NCBI GenBank assembly: GCA_965232515.1
Contig: CBDDPY010000002.1
Span: 640,001-704,000, forward strand
Origin: Alphaproteobacteria bacterium
Lineage (GTDB): Bacteria; Pseudomonadota; Alphaproteobacteria; GCA-2731375
Reading direction: 5' to 3'
DNA length: 64,000 nt
Made by a program: the position numbers and the translations under genes. The notes under the pieces were generated by a model that searched no databases, had not been told where the DNA came from, and saw only the letters and a program-made list of their open reading frames with translations. This document shows, in pieces, positions 48,035 to 57,820 of the stretch (position 1 is its first letter; every line of letters starts with the position of its first letter).

Positions 48035-48754
48035 CTAGAAAGCTGCGTCGCCGGATATGAGTTTGACAGGCCCAAATATGTTTTCGAACGTAATTTGCAG
48101 TTCTGAATCGACTTCCGCCATTGTGATTGGAATGCCGAGGTCGACTAGTGACGTCACACCGTATTCACGAATACCGCAGGGAACAATACCGTCATAGTGG
48201 GCGAGATCCGGTTCGACGTTCAGCGATATGCCGTGATAGCTGACCCAGCGCCGGACCCGTACGCCAACGGCGGCAATCTTGTCCTCGCGGCCATGCCCGC
48301 GGTCGATCCAGACGCCGACCCGGCCATTCCGGCGTTCGCCGCGCAGGTTGAACCGTGCCAACGTCTCTATGAGCCAGCGCTCGAGGTCATAAACGAAGGC
48401 GCGTAGATCCGCCCCGCGGCGCCGTAGGTCGAGCATCACATAACAGACACGCTGTCCTGGCCCGTGATAGGTGTATTGCCCACCGCGCCCTGTTCGTATT
48501 ACGGGAAGTTTTTCCGATTCGAGCAAATCTTCCGGGCGCGCGCTGGTGCCGGCGGTGTAGAGCGGGGGATGTTCCAACAGCCAAACGGTCTCTGGCGCGG
48601 TGCCGGCTCGAATCGCGGCGACGCGCGCTTCCATGCTGGCGACCGCCTGCCGGTAGTCGACCGGCGCATCGCTGACCTGCCAGGCCACGTAGGGGAATGG
48701 CCTCGACCGGTCGCCGAGGTCGGGCCGTTCGGCCGTTTTTGCATGGTTAACCAA
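48035..48754 (-). CDS. lipB: Lipoyl(octanoyl) transferase
   Basis: [36 protein letters not shown]; start uncertain (TTG at 48754 assumed). Confidence 0.93.
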   Translation of the reverse strand: MVNHAKTAERPDLGDRSRPFPYVAWQVSDAPVDYRQAVASMEARVAAIRAGTAPETVWLLEHPPLYTAGTSARPEDLLESEKLPVIRTGRGGQYTYHGPGQRVCYVMLDLRRRGADLRAFVYDLERWLIETLARFNLRGERRNGRVGVWIDRGHGREDKIAAVGVRVRRWVSYHGISLNVEPDLAHYDGIVPCGIREYGVTSLVDLGIPITMAEVDSELQITFENIFGPVKLISGDAAF

Positions 48755-48762
48755 TGCATAAC
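48746..48762. promoter_or_regulatory. Near-consensus CtrA box upstream of the fliN-like gene
   Basis: GTTAA-CCAATGC-ATAAC, one mismatch to TTAA-N7-TTAAC on either strand. Confidence 0.55.
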
Positions 48763-48811
48763 CCCGACGTGGCATTGATCGTGGCTGGCGACATTCCGCG
48801 GATGTGTTCCG

Positions 48812-49048
48812 ATGAGCGCTGTCGAAGACGTTAGCATAGAAATATCGGTGGTTATTGGCACGTCGACAATGCCGATCCACCAGCTGCTGAAGATGGGCCG
48901 TGGCGCCGTCATCGAGCTCGACGCGGGTGTCGACGACTATGCCTGGATCTTCGCCAACAACCGTCTGGTGGCGCGTGGCGAAATCGTCGTCAACGGCGAG
49001 AATGTCTCGGTCCAGATCGTCGAAACCATCGATCATGAGGGCGCCTGA
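48812..49048 (+). CDS. Stand-alone FliM/FliN C-terminal (SpoA) domain protein
   Basis: ISVVIG...[30 protein letters not shown]. Confidence 0.85.
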   Translation: MSAVEDVSIEISVVIGTSTMPIHQLLKMGRGAVIELDAGVDDYAWIFANNRLVARGEIVVNGENVSVQIVETIDHEGA

Positions 49049-49126
49049 GCCCGGTGACGTGAAATCCGGCCGGACCGACTGCCGCGCTTGCGGCCTTTCA
49101 TGTCATTTGCTACATGCAGGTCGAGA

Positions 49127-49213
49127 GCGGTCGTGGCGGAATTGGTAGACGCGCAGCGTTGAGGTCGCTGTGGGGGAGACCCCGTGGAAGTTCGAGTCTT
49201 CTCGACCGCACCA
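49127..49213 (+). tRNA. tRNA-Leu(GAG)
   Basis: GCGGTCG/CGACCGC acceptor, CAGCG-TTGAGGT-CGCTG anticodon arm, long variable arm, GTTCGAGTC, CCA end. Confidence 0.96.
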
Positions 49214-49218
49214 TCTTG

Positions 49219-49257
49219 AAACCCGTGGGTAACTGCCTGCGGGTTTTGCATTTTTTG
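49219..49257 (+). terminator. Intrinsic terminator after tRNA-Leu
   Basis: AAACCCGTGGG-taactg-CCTGCGGGTTT followed by T-rich tract. Confidence 0.8.
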
Positions 49258-49332
49258 GGTCCGCGTCAGACCGCCGTCACGGTAAGGTACGCGAGGGGCG
49301 CATCAAAACTAATACGTTAAGGGGGAGGCCGA

Positions 49333-51642
49333 ATGTCCGACGAACTCGACCGCATGGCCATCGAGTACCACCGCTGGCCCACGCCGGGAAAACTCAGTGT
49401 CACGCCGACGACCAGGCTTTCGAACCAGCGCGACCTGTCGCTGGCCTATTCGCCGGGCGTCGCGGCCGCCTGCAATCTGATCGCCGACGATCCCGCCGAG
49501 GCGGCGACGGTCACGGCGCGGGCCAATCTTGTCGCGGTAATCTCGAACGGCACCGCGGTGCTGGGCCTCGGCGATATCGGTCCGCTGGCATCGAAGCCGG
49601 TGATGGAGGGCAAGGCGGTCCTGTTCAAGAAATTCGCCGGCATTGACGTATTCGACATTGAGGTCGATGAGACCGATCCCGAAAAGCTGGTCGAGATCGT
49701 CGCCGCGCTCGAACCCACGTTCGGCGGTGTCAATCTCGAGGACATCAAGGCGCCTGACTGCTTCATCGTTGAGGAGAAATGCCGGGAGCGCATGAAAATC
49801 CCGGTTTTCCACGATGACCAGCACGGCACCGCGATTTGCGTCGCCGCGGCCGTCTACAACGGCCTGCGCCTTGTGGAGAAGAGTGAAGGCGATGCGCGCG
49901 TGGTCTGCAGCGGTGCCGGCGCGGCCGCGTTGGCGTGCCTCAATCAGCTCGTGAGCCTCGGGATCAAGCTGGAAAACATCCTGGTCTGCGATCGCAATGG
50001 CGTCGTCCACAAAGGCCGGAACGAGGGCATGGATCCCTACAAGGAGCGCTTCGCGGTCGAGACCGACTTGCGGACGCTGGATGAGGCGATCGACGGCGCC
50101 GATATCTTCCTGGGACTGTCGGGACCAGGCGTGCTCACGCCGGATATGGTCAAGAAGATGGCCGATAAGCCGCTGATCCTGGCGCTCGCCAACCCGACGC
50201 CCGAGATTCTGCCGGAAGATGCAATGGCGGTGCGGCCCGACGCCATCATCGCCACCGGCCGGTCCGATTATCCCAACCAGGTCAACAACGTCCTGTGCTT
50301 CCCGTTCCTTTTCCGCGGGGCGCTCGACTGCGGCGCATCGGAAATCAACGAGGAGATGAAGCTCGCCTGCGTGAAGGCGATTGGCGATCTGGCGATGGCC
50401 GAGGCGTCGGATGTGGTGGCGACCGCCTATGCCGGCAGTTCGCTGTCGTTCGGACCGGAATACATCATTCCCAAGCCGTTCGATCCGCGGCTGATTTTGT
50501 CGATCGCCCCAGCCGTGGCTCAAGCCGCCATGGACAGCGGCGTGGCGACCCGGCCGATCGCCGATATGGAAGCTTATCGCCGCAGTCTCACCGGCTATGT
50601 CTATCGCACCGGATTCGCCATGAAGCCGATGTTCGACAGCGCCCGCGAAGAAAAGCATCGCGTGGTCTATGCCGAAGGTGAGGAAGACCGGGTGTTGCGG
50701 GCGATTCAGATCGCGGTCGACGACGGTCTGGTCGAACCGTGCGTCGTCGGCCGGCCGGCTGTTGTTGAGGCAATGATCAAGGAACTGGGCCTGCGGTTGC
50801 GCCCGGGCGACGATCTCGAGATTGTCGATCCGGCCGACAATCCCAATCTCGACGCCTTCGCCGAGCGTTACCACGAAATCATGGCGCGCAGCGGCATTGC
50901 GCCGGATTTCGGGCGGACGATGGTGCGCACGCGCTCGACGCTGACTGCGGCCCTGATGCTCGATGCCGGCCAGGTCGATGCCATGATCTGCGGGTCATAC
51001 GGCCGCTTCGACCAGCACTATCAGCATGTCATGGACGTGATCGGTCTGCGCGACGGTGTGACCGACGCCTCGGCGCTGGAATTGCTGATTCTGGACGAGG
51101 CCTCGGTGTTCATCTGCGATACCGCGGTGACCTATCGTCCCAGCGCCGACCAGATCGCCGAAATGACAGTTTTGGCGGCAGATCACGTCCGCCGGTTCGG
51201 CATCACGCCGAAAGTCGCCTTGCTGTCCCACTCGGATTTCGGCTCGGCGCAGTCGCGGTCGGCGCGACGGATGCGCCACGCGCGCCAGTTGCTGAAGAAG
51301 ATCGCGCCCGACCTCGAGGTGGACGGCGAGATGCGGGCAGATACGGCGTTGCTCGCCCATCTTCGGCAGCGCATTTTCCCGGGCGCCGAGCTCGAGGGCG
51401 CGGCCAATCTGCTGGTCATGCCGTCGCTCGACGCGGCGAACATCGCGTTCAATACCGCAAAGGCGCTGGGCAATGGCATTTCGGTCGGCCCAATGATGAT
51501 CGGCCTCGCCAAGCCGGCCCACATCGTCAGTCCGTCCATCACGGTTCGTGGCCTGGTCAATATGACGGCGATCGCCGCCGTCGATGCGCGGGCCTTTGCA
51601 CGAGGAGATGTGCCCAGCGCGCCGTTGCGGCAGTCGGCCTGA
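49333..51642 (+). CDS. maeB: NADP-dependent malic enzyme with PTA domain
   Basis: [43 protein letters not shown]; C-terminal PTA domain (EVDGEM). Confidence 0.96.
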   Translation: MSDELDRMAIEYHRWPTPGKLSVTPTTRLSNQRDLSLAYSPGVAAACNLIADDPAEAATVTARANLVAVISNGTAVLGLGDIGPLASKPVMEGKAVLFKKFAGIDVFDIEVDETDPEKLVEIVAALEPTFGGVNLEDIKAPDCFIVEEKCRERMKIPVFHDDQHGTAICVAAAVYNGLRLVEKSEGDARVVCSGAGAAALACLNQLVSLGIKLENILVCDRNGVVHKGRNEGMDPYKERFAVETDLRTLDEAIDGADIFLGLSGPGVLTPDMVKKMADKPLILALANPTPEILPEDAMAVRPDAIIATGRSDYPNQVNNVLCFPFLFRGALDCGASEINEEMKLACVKAIGDLAMAEASDVVATAYAGSSLSFGPEYIIPKPFDPRLILSIAPAVAQAAMDSGVATRPIADMEAYRRSLTGYVYRTGFAMKPMFDSAREEKHRVVYAEGEEDRVLRAIQIAVDDGLVEPCVVGRPAVVEAMIKELGLRLRPGDDLEIVDPADNPNLDAFAERYHEIMARSGIAPDFGRTMVRTRSTLTAALMLDAGQVDAMICGSYGRFDQHYQHVMDVIGLRDGVTDASALELLILDEASVFICDTAVTYRPSADQIAEMTVLAADHVRRFGITPKVALLSHSDFGSAQSRSARRMRHARQLLKKIAPDLEVDGEMRADTALLAHLRQRIFPGAELEGAANLLVMPSLDAANIAFNTAKALGNGISVGPMMIGLAKPAHIVSPSITVRGLVNMTAIAAVDARAFARGDVPSAPLRQSA

Positions 51643-51749
51643 CCGCCGCGGCCGAAGATCGCCGAAATCGGCGTCCTGTAAGGGATTTGTTTACGTTTCC
51701 GCAACCACTGGTCGGCTATCCTCTCGATTGACCCCGGGGGGATTGCCGA

Positions 51750-52313
51750 ATGCGGCCCACATCACGACCAAACCTGCGAAGCTGGCGCTGCCTGACCAGG
51801 ATCGGTTCGGCCGCGTTGACCATGGCTCTGCTGCCCGTCGGCATCGCCGATGCCGGCAAATGGCCGATCGACAGCTACAGCGGCGCGCCCATTGCCGCGC
51901 GGGCGCCGCAAGCGCCGGCGGCCGTGCAGGTCCGGTTCAACGATGCAGCGCCGCTGCCTGCCCCGATCGATGAAATAGCTCTCACACCGCCGGCGGCTTC
52001 TGATCCCGGCGATACCTATCTGCTGTTCGCCGACGGCTTTTATGCCCGGAACGAGACCTCTTCCTGGATGCCTTATCTGATGTTCGGCAAGGAAGAGAGG
52101 GACGGCAGCGGTGTCGGTGGGAGCGCAGGCAATCTGACATCGGGCGCCGAGCCGGAACTGCGCCTCGGTATCGGTCTGCACAGGCGGCTGATCGATCGGA
52201 TGGACCTGACCGTCGGTTACCGCGCGGAGTATCGCGGGCCGAGCGTTATCGAAGATGACGATATTGCGCCCGTCGACCACAATTTCGGCCTTCGGCTGCG
52301 CTACCGCTTCTAA
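51750..52313 (+). CDS. Hypothetical outer-membrane beta-strand protein
   Basis: Signal-like N-terminus, Pro/Ala linker, then WMPYL, LRLGIG, LTVGYR, HNFGLRLRYRF; start uncertain. Confidence 0.6.
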   Translation: MRPTSRPNLRSWRCLTRIGSAALTMALLPVGIADAGKWPIDSYSGAPIAARAPQAPAAVQVRFNDAAPLPAPIDEIALTPPAASDPGDTYLLFADGFYARNETSSWMPYLMFGKEERDGSGVGGSAGNLTSGAEPELRLGIGLHRRLIDRMDLTVGYRAEYRGPSVIEDDDIAPVDHNFGLRLRYRF

Positions 52314-52414
52314 GGCCTGAATAAACCGACCCCTTCATCGTTGGGCCGGTTGCGGGTTTCCCCGCAGTCGGGCAGAAAGGTCGCGCCTTTTCACAAACGG
52401 CGTGGTCGCCTGCC

Positions 52415-53809
52415 ATGAGCGAACAGCCCGCAGAGACCCAAGATCCGCAGGCGCAGCTGGACGACATCTACGCCGTCAATCCGGACTTCGTGCGCGACGT
52501 GCGCACGCTGCTCGATCGTGGCGCGGCGGACGGCGTCCGACGGCTTGTGCTGCCGCTGCACGTGGCTGACATCGCCGACCTCGTCGACCTGCTGCCCCGC
52601 GACGAACGCACGACTCTGCTCGACTGTTTGGGTGACGATCTCGATCCCGCGGTGCTGACCGAGGTCGAGGAATCCGTCCTCCAGGATCTGCTGCCGGAGT
52701 TGGCGCCATCGGCGCTGGCCCGGGCGGTGACGGAGCTCGACACCGATGACGGCGTATATCTGGTCGATCACCTGGATGAAGACCAGCGCGAAGCGATCCT
52801 GCGGGCGGTGCCGGCGCCGGACCGGATCGCCGTCCAGGAAGCGCTCGATTTTCCCGAGGACAGCGCCGGCCGCCTCATGCAGCGCGATTTCATCGCGGTG
52901 CCCGCCTACTGGACCGTCGGCCAGGTGATCGACTACTGCCGCGACACCGAGGACCTGCCGGACGAGTTCTACAGCATCTTCGTCATCGATCCGCGCTACC
53001 GGCCGATCGGCCATGTTCCGCTGAACCGGGTGCTGCGCACGCGCCGTCCGGTCGTGGTCCGGCAGATCATGGAGGAGGAGACCCAGCTTATCCCGCTGGA
53101 GATGGACCAGGAGGAGGTGGCGTTCCTGTTCCAGCAGTACGACCTGGCCTCGGCGCCGGTGGTGGACGAATATGGCCGTCTGGCCGGCGCCATCACCTTC
53201 GACGACGTCGCCGACGTGATCGAGGAGGAGGCCGAGGAAGACATGTTGAGGTTGGGCGGCGTCGCCGGCGAGTCCGATCTTTATGACACGGTCATGCGCA
53301 CGACGCGGACCCGGTTCACCTGGCTGCTGGTCAATCTCGGCACGGCCATCGTCGCCTCGCTGGTGATCGCGCTCTTCGACACCACGATCGACCGGATCGT
53401 CGCGCTGGCGATCCTGATGCCGATCGTCGCCTCGATGGGCGGCAACGCCGGCACCCAGACGCTGACCGTCGCCGTTCGCGCGCTCGCCACGCACGAACTC
53501 ACGGCCACGAACGCCATGCGCATCGTCGTCAAGGAGGTGCTGGTCGGCGGCCTGAACGGCGTTTTCTTCGCCGCGCTGATGGGGGTGATCGCCGGCCTGT
53601 GGTTCAGCGATCCCATGCTCGGCGGCGTCATCGCGGCCGCCATGGTCATCAACCTGGTGGTGGCGGGCCTGTTCGGCACGTTGATCCCGCTGGGCTGTCA
53701 ACGCTTCGGCGTCGATCCGGCCATCGCGGCGAGCGTGTTCCTGACGACGATCACCGACGTGATCGGCTTCTTCGCATTTCTGGGTCTTGCGGCGCTGATC
53801 CTGATCTAA
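52415..53809 (+). CDS. mgtE: Magnesium transporter MgtE
   Basis: Acidic N-domain, EDSAGRLM CBS pair, MGGNAGTQ, DPA.A...LTT.TD. Confidence 0.96.
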   Translation: MSEQPAETQDPQAQLDDIYAVNPDFVRDVRTLLDRGAADGVRRLVLPLHVADIADLVDLLPRDERTTLLDCLGDDLDPAVLTEVEESVLQDLLPELAPSALARAVTELDTDDGVYLVDHLDEDQREAILRAVPAPDRIAVQEALDFPEDSAGRLMQRDFIAVPAYWTVGQVIDYCRDTEDLPDEFYSIFVIDPRYRPIGHVPLNRVLRTRRPVVVRQIMEEETQLIPLEMDQEEVAFLFQQYDLASAPVVDEYGRLAGAITFDDVADVIEEEAEEDMLRLGGVAGESDLYDTVMRTTRTRFTWLLVNLGTAIVASLVIALFDTTIDRIVALAILMPIVASMGGNAGTQTLTVAVRALATHELTATNAMRIVVKEVLVGGLNGVFFAALMGVIAGLWFSDPMLGGVIAAAMVINLVVAGLFGTLIPLGCQRFGVDPAIAASVFLTTITDVIGFFAFLGLAALILI

Positions 53810-53817
53810 CCGCCGGA

Positions 53818-54714
53818 TCAGTGGGCGAAGACGAGCCGGTGGTCCGACGGACCGCCGTGCCAGCGCCAGTTGGCCGCGTGGTCGGCGAGCGCCATGACGT
53901 CGTCCTGTTCGTTGTCGGCGTCGTACGCGATGCCGACGAGACGCTGCAGATTAACGCCGTCGACCGGCAACATCGCCACGCCCGGCGCTTGGAACGACAT
54001 CGGCATCAGGCAGAATCCCAATCCGGCGCCAACCAGCGCCAGCGCACGCTCATCATGTTGCGTTCGGAAAACGATTCGGGGACGGATCCCGCGGCGCACA
54101 AGCTCGCGGCGCGCGGCCGTCAGGAACTCGTCATGTGTCCGGACAATTAGCGGTCGTTCGTGCAGATCTTCGGGGCGGAACGCCGGCCGACGGGCAAGGG
54201 CATGATCCGCCGGCAGCGCCATGCCGAGCCGCTCCGAATAGAGGCGTCGAAAGCCGCGTCGCTGCGATTGCGGACGACGGATCGTGATTGCCACGTCCAG
54301 GCGATCCTGGCGCAAACGCTCATCGATCTCGGCGACCGTCGCCTGGACAAGTTCGAGGTCCAGCGTGGGATTGGCGCGGCAAAAGGCGCCGAGCATGGCT
54401 GCAATGGTGTCGAACCGCAGCGTGGTCAGGATACCGATCCTGAGCCTGGACGTCGGGTGCGCGGTACTGAGGTCCGCCTCAGCCGCGCGGACTTCGCGCA
54501 GGATAGCCCGGGCCCTGGGCATGAAGCGCTCGCCGTCAACGGTCAATTGCACTTTGCGGGCGCTCCGATCGAACAGGCGTGCGCCCAGGCCGTCCTCAAG
54601 CTTACGTATCCCGGCGGAGAGGGTCGGCTGCGTCACGAAAACCCGTTGCGCCGCGCCGGTGAACGAGCCGGTCTCGGCAACGGCCAGGAAATAGCGGATC
54701 TGGTAGATGTCCAT
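53818..54714 (-). CDS. LysR-family transcriptional regulator
   Basis: YFLAVAETGSFTGAAQRVFVTQPTLSAGIRKLE..LG..LF.R. Confidence 0.95.
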   Translation of the reverse strand: MDIYQIRYFLAVAETGSFTGAAQRVFVTQPTLSAGIRKLEDGLGARLFDRSARKVQLTVDGERFMPRARAILREVRAAEADLSTAHPTSRLRIGILTTLRFDTIAAMLGAFCRANPTLDLELVQATVAEIDERLRQDRLDVAITIRRPQSQRRGFRRLYSERLGMALPADHALARRPAFRPEDLHERPLIVRTHDEFLTAARRELVRRGIRPRIVFRTQHDERALALVGAGLGFCLMPMSFQAPGVAMLPVDGVNLQRLVGIAYDADNEQDDVMALADHAANWRWHGGPSDHRLVFAH

Positions 54715-54716
54715 GC

Positions 54717-54731
54717 ATAGAGGATATCAAT
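54717..54731. promoter_or_regulatory. Putative LysR T-N11-A box
   Basis: ATAG-AGGATAT-CAAT directly upstream of the lysR start in an AT-rich divergent spacer. Confidence 0.5.
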
Positions 54732-54824
54732 AGATCGAACAAAAATAATCGACTTCTTATATGCATTGGCGACACCTAAGGTTTTATCCGGACTGAGCGG
54801 TGTCACGTTCGATGAGGGGTCGCG

Positions 54825-55637
54825 ATGACGATGGACGACAAAACGGCAAATCCGGTCCTGATCGACCGACGCGGCGCCGTGGCGACGATCACGCTCAATC
54901 GCCCGGGCGCTTACAACGCCATCGATCGGCCGACGGCGAACGCGCTCCTGGATGCGCTTATTGTCTGCGACCAGGACAGCGCCATTCGCTGTGTCCTGAT
55001 TACAGGCAGCGGGCACGCGTTTTGCGCCGGCGGCGACATCAAGGCGATGCAAGCGGCCGGGCGTCGGGACGAGACGCCCGGCACTTTCTTCAAGCAGCTG
55101 ACCGTGCCGGTGCATGCCATCGTGGCGACCATTGTTCACATGGAAAAGCCCGTGATAACGGCGGTGAACGGTGCGGCCGCAGGCGTCGGGTTCGGTTTTG
55201 CCCTGGCCGGCGACCTGATCCTCGCGGCGCGCGGCGCGACCTTCACCATGGCTTATTCGGCGATCGGCTTGGCGCCCGATGGCAGCACGACATTTTTCCT
55301 GCCGCGGCTCGTCGGCCCAAAGCGGGCGTATGAGTTGATCTGTCTCAACGAACCGCTATCGGCGGAAGCTGCCCGGTCGGCCGGCATCGTGAACCGGGTG
55401 TTCGACGACGACGGATTCTTGGACGCGGCCCGGAACTATGCCGAGACCATCGCTGCCGGGCCGACGGCAGCACTCGCTGCCGCCAAGCGTCTGGTCGGTC
55501 AGAGCATGACATCGGCCCTCGAGGCGCAGATGGAGCGGGAGCGGCAAGCCATCGCGGCCTGCGCCGGCACGGCCGACTTCCAGCACGGCATAGCGTCGTT
55601 TCTCGAGAAACGACGCCCGGAGTTCGGAGGATGCTGA
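54825..55637 (+). CDS. Enoyl-CoA hydratase/isomerase (PaaG-like crotonase)
   Basis: LNRP..YNA, AFCAGGD, AVNGAAAG, GLAPDG, FLEKRRPEF. Confidence 0.92.
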   Translation: MTMDDKTANPVLIDRRGAVATITLNRPGAYNAIDRPTANALLDALIVCDQDSAIRCVLITGSGHAFCAGGDIKAMQAAGRRDETPGTFFKQLTVPVHAIVATIVHMEKPVITAVNGAAAGVGFGFALAGDLILAARGATFTMAYSAIGLAPDGSTTFFLPRLVGPKRAYELICLNEPLSAEAARSAGIVNRVFDDDGFLDAARNYAETIAAGPTAALAAAKRLVGQSMTSALEAQMERERQAIAACAGTADFQHGIASFLEKRRPEFGGC

Positions 55638-56089
55638 ACGGTGGTTTCGAGCCGAAGGATCCCGCTTTCGCGGACAAGATCCGTGACGGGTTCGACGGTC
55701 AGGCCTTCATGCACACGATCGGCGCCAGTTTGTCGAAGCTCGCGCCGGGCGCGGTCGAACTGACATTGCCCTATCGCGAAGACCTGACCCAGCAGCACGG
55801 CTTCATCCATGGCGGGCTGGTGGCGACGCTCGCCGACAATGCCGCCGGCGGGGCCGCGGCGACGCTGCTGCCCGACGGCTGGTCGCTGCTAACGGCCGAG
55901 TTCAAGATCAATCTACTGGCCCCGGCCGAGGGCGATCGTCTCGTCGCACGCGCCGAAGTCGTGCGCCCCGGCCGATTGAGCGTCTGCCGGTCGGACGTGT
56001 TCGCCGTACAGTCCGACGCCGAGACGCTGTGCGCGACCGCGCTGGTGACGCTTATGAGCTCTGCGCCGCGGCCTGAACGTTCGATCTGA
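55631..56089 (+). CDS. PaaI-family hot-dog thioesterase
   Basis: LTQQHGFIHGG..ATLAD, T.EFKINLL.PA. Confidence 0.92.
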   Translation: MLNGGFEPKDPAFADKIRDGFDGQAFMHTIGASLSKLAPGAVELTLPYREDLTQQHGFIHGGLVATLADNAAGGAAATLLPDGWSLLTAEFKINLLAPAEGDRLVARAEVVRPGRLSVCRSDVFAVQSDAETLCATALVTLMSSAPRPERSI

Positions 56090-57077
56090 AGGCTTTCCGC
56101 TCACCGAAAATGATCCGAGCCGTTTCCGTCAACGGCCGGACTTCGGCGTCTTCCAGGATGCCGCGCGCCACCATCTCGCGGTGGCATTCCGGCAGGTTGT
56201 AGCAGGGTACGGAGGGGTACATGTGGTGCTCGATGTGGAAGTTCACGTCGTGCGGAAAGACGAACCACATCAGCCAGCCGGGGCCGGTATTGGTACGCGC
56301 CGCCTTCAGCGGCGAGTTCTCGTCGACAACAGCGCCGTGCTCGCAGATGGCGCGGAAACGGAGCAGCGGCTGCAACAGCGTCACCAGGACGAGGGGCCAG
56401 AGGATCAGATATTGCCAGCCCCAGCCAGAGCTGAAGGCTGCGACCGGCATGCCGATATGGAAGGCCGCGACCAGCCAGCGGTCGCGTCTCGCCGCCCGCC
56501 GCAGGGCCGGCGAGGTGTCGTTCAGCGGCCGGTTTTCGGTCGCGATCTCGTCGTTGATGACCGGCGCGCCGAAGAAGTATCGGTAGGTCTTCCAGGCGGT
56601 GCCGCCCAGCAGGTCCTTCGCCAGCTTGCGCAAAAGGTAACCGCGCCCGCGCGGATAGCCGCCATGGATCGGCGTGTCCGGGTCCTGCGGCCCGTAGAGG
56701 TGATTGTGGTGCAGCCGGTGCACGACCCGGTAGGTGCACATCGAAATGCCGACCGGGGTGGCGCAGAGCCGGCCGACGAGATCGTTCAGCCAGCGTGTCT
56801 CGTAGAGCCGGTAGTGGGCCGCGTCGTGCGCGATCACGAACAGCGCCTGCGCCCGCGTCGTGATGATCAGCATGGCCGGGATCACCACCCACGGCGTCCA
56901 CCAGATCGTAGCGGCCGTCAGGCAGGCGGCGATCACGCCCCAGGTCTGCAGCACCGGCCAGCTCGCCTTCACCGGATCGAGTCGGGTCAGGCGTTTGATG
57001 ACATGCGCCGGCAGGCTTTGCCGCCGACGCAGGTCGTCGCGGAACTCCTCGCCCTGGATCTGTGTGGCCTCGGTCAT
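56052..57077 (-). CDS. Membrane fatty-acid desaturase-family di-iron enzyme
   Basis: His boxes HDAAH, HRLHH, EH, FHIEHH.YP.VP; TM segments. Confidence 0.9.
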   Translation of the reverse strand: MTEATQIQGEEFRDDLRRRQSLPAHVIKRLTRLDPVKASWPVLQTWGVIAACLTAATIWWTPWVVIPAMLIITTRAQALFVIAHDAAHYRLYETRWLNDLVGRLCATPVGISMCTYRVVHRLHHNHLYGPQDPDTPIHGGYPRGRGYLLRKLAKDLLGGTAWKTYRYFFGAPVINDEIATENRPLNDTSPALRRAARRDRWLVAAFHIGMPVAAFSSGWGWQYLILWPLVLVTLLQPLLRFRAICEHGAVVDENSPLKAARTNTGPGWLMWFVFPHDVNFHIEHHMYPSVPCYNLPECHREMVARGILEDAEVRPLTETARIIFGERKAFRSNVQAAAQSS

Positions 57078-57712
57078 GCTGTCCCCCGCAATTGCTGCAC
57101 GTTGTCGGACGCGCCCATAACCGCCCGGCGCATGAAAGCCGCGATGCCGTTCGCCAGTTCATCCTCGCCGGCGGCGTCGCCGAAGGTCTCCGGCGTCAGC
57201 GGCCCGACCATCGCCTCGGCCAGCGCGCCGATCAGGCAGGCGGCGGTGATGTCGACCTGCTGCGGCGGAAACTCGCCTGCGGCGATGCCGTCCCGAACGA
57301 TCCGGGCGAAGACCCGGGCATAGGCCCGCTTCGACTCGATCCGCTCCGCCTCGACCGCAGGGTCGACCGGCTCGGCGATCAGCGCATAGGCCAGCCGGTG
57401 GCCGCGGACGGCGCGATGCACGAAGGTGCGGACGATGCTGTCCAGCCGCTCGCCCGCCGGGGCCTCGACCTCGGCGATCTGTGCCAGCACCGCCACCTCA
57501 TGCGACGAGGCCTTGCGGAACAGCTCGGCAAAGAGATCGGCCTTGGAGGGGAAGTAGAGGTAGACCGTGCCCGTCGCGATTCCGGCCGCCGCCGCCACGG
57601 CTGCCACCTGGGCCGCCCGGAAGCCGTCATCCGCGACGATATGAAAGGCCGCCTTCAGGATGCGCTGCCGGACCTCGGCCTTGCGATCCCGGCGCTCCAC
57701 GGTTTCCGCCAT
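57074..57712 (-). CDS. TetR-family transcriptional regulator
   Basis: ILKAA...A..GF....VAAVAAAAGIATGTVYLYFPSKADL; 4-bp overlap with the desaturase start. Confidence 0.95.
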   Translation of the reverse strand: MAETVERRDRKAEVRQRILKAAFHIVADDGFRAAQVAAVAAAAGIATGTVYLYFPSKADLFAELFRKASSHEVAVLAQIAEVEAPAGERLDSIVRTFVHRAVRGHRLAYALIAEPVDPAVEAERIESKRAYARVFARIVRDGIAAGEFPPQQVDITAACLIGALAEAMVGPLTPETFGDAAGEDELANGIAAFMRRAVMGASDNVQQLRGTA

Positions 57713-57718
57713 GAGCTT

Positions 57719-57759
57719 ATGAATCCAGATTCATTCTGTTGAAATGAATCCAGATTCAG
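57719..57759. promoter_or_regulatory. Tandem palindromic operator (probable TetR sites)
   Basis: ATGAATC-CA-GATTCAT (57719-57734) and ATGAATC-CA-GATTCAG (57744-57759); TTGACA on the minus strand at 57772-57767. Confidence 0.8.
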
Positions 57760-57820
57760 TGTTTGTTGTCAAGCCATGAGAGAAACCTGGAATTGCGGCC
57801 GACGGCCCGTCGGCAACCGG

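Noticed and set aside
47160-48200. Lower-GC stretches in the kinase, acyP and the lipB 3' end
   Set aside because: Diffuse, within intact and probably weakly expressed core genes; no sharp boundary or mobility signature
49127-49333. tRNA-Leu (and tRNA-Tyr/Gly/Trp) as occupied integration sites
   Set aside because: No integrase, no duplicated tRNA 3' end and no compositional island seen; core genes follow directly
51690-51705. TTTACGTTTCCGCAAC resembling a LiuR (MerR-family) box
   Set aside because: Right half-site has several mismatches and the downstream gene is not a liu gene; no clear box seen upstream of ivd
52314-52414. Mg2+ riboswitch or leader peptide before mgtE (and fluoride riboswitch before crcB)
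   Set aside because: Spacer is only about 100 bp without M-box features; crcB overlaps the rarA stop codon and has no leader
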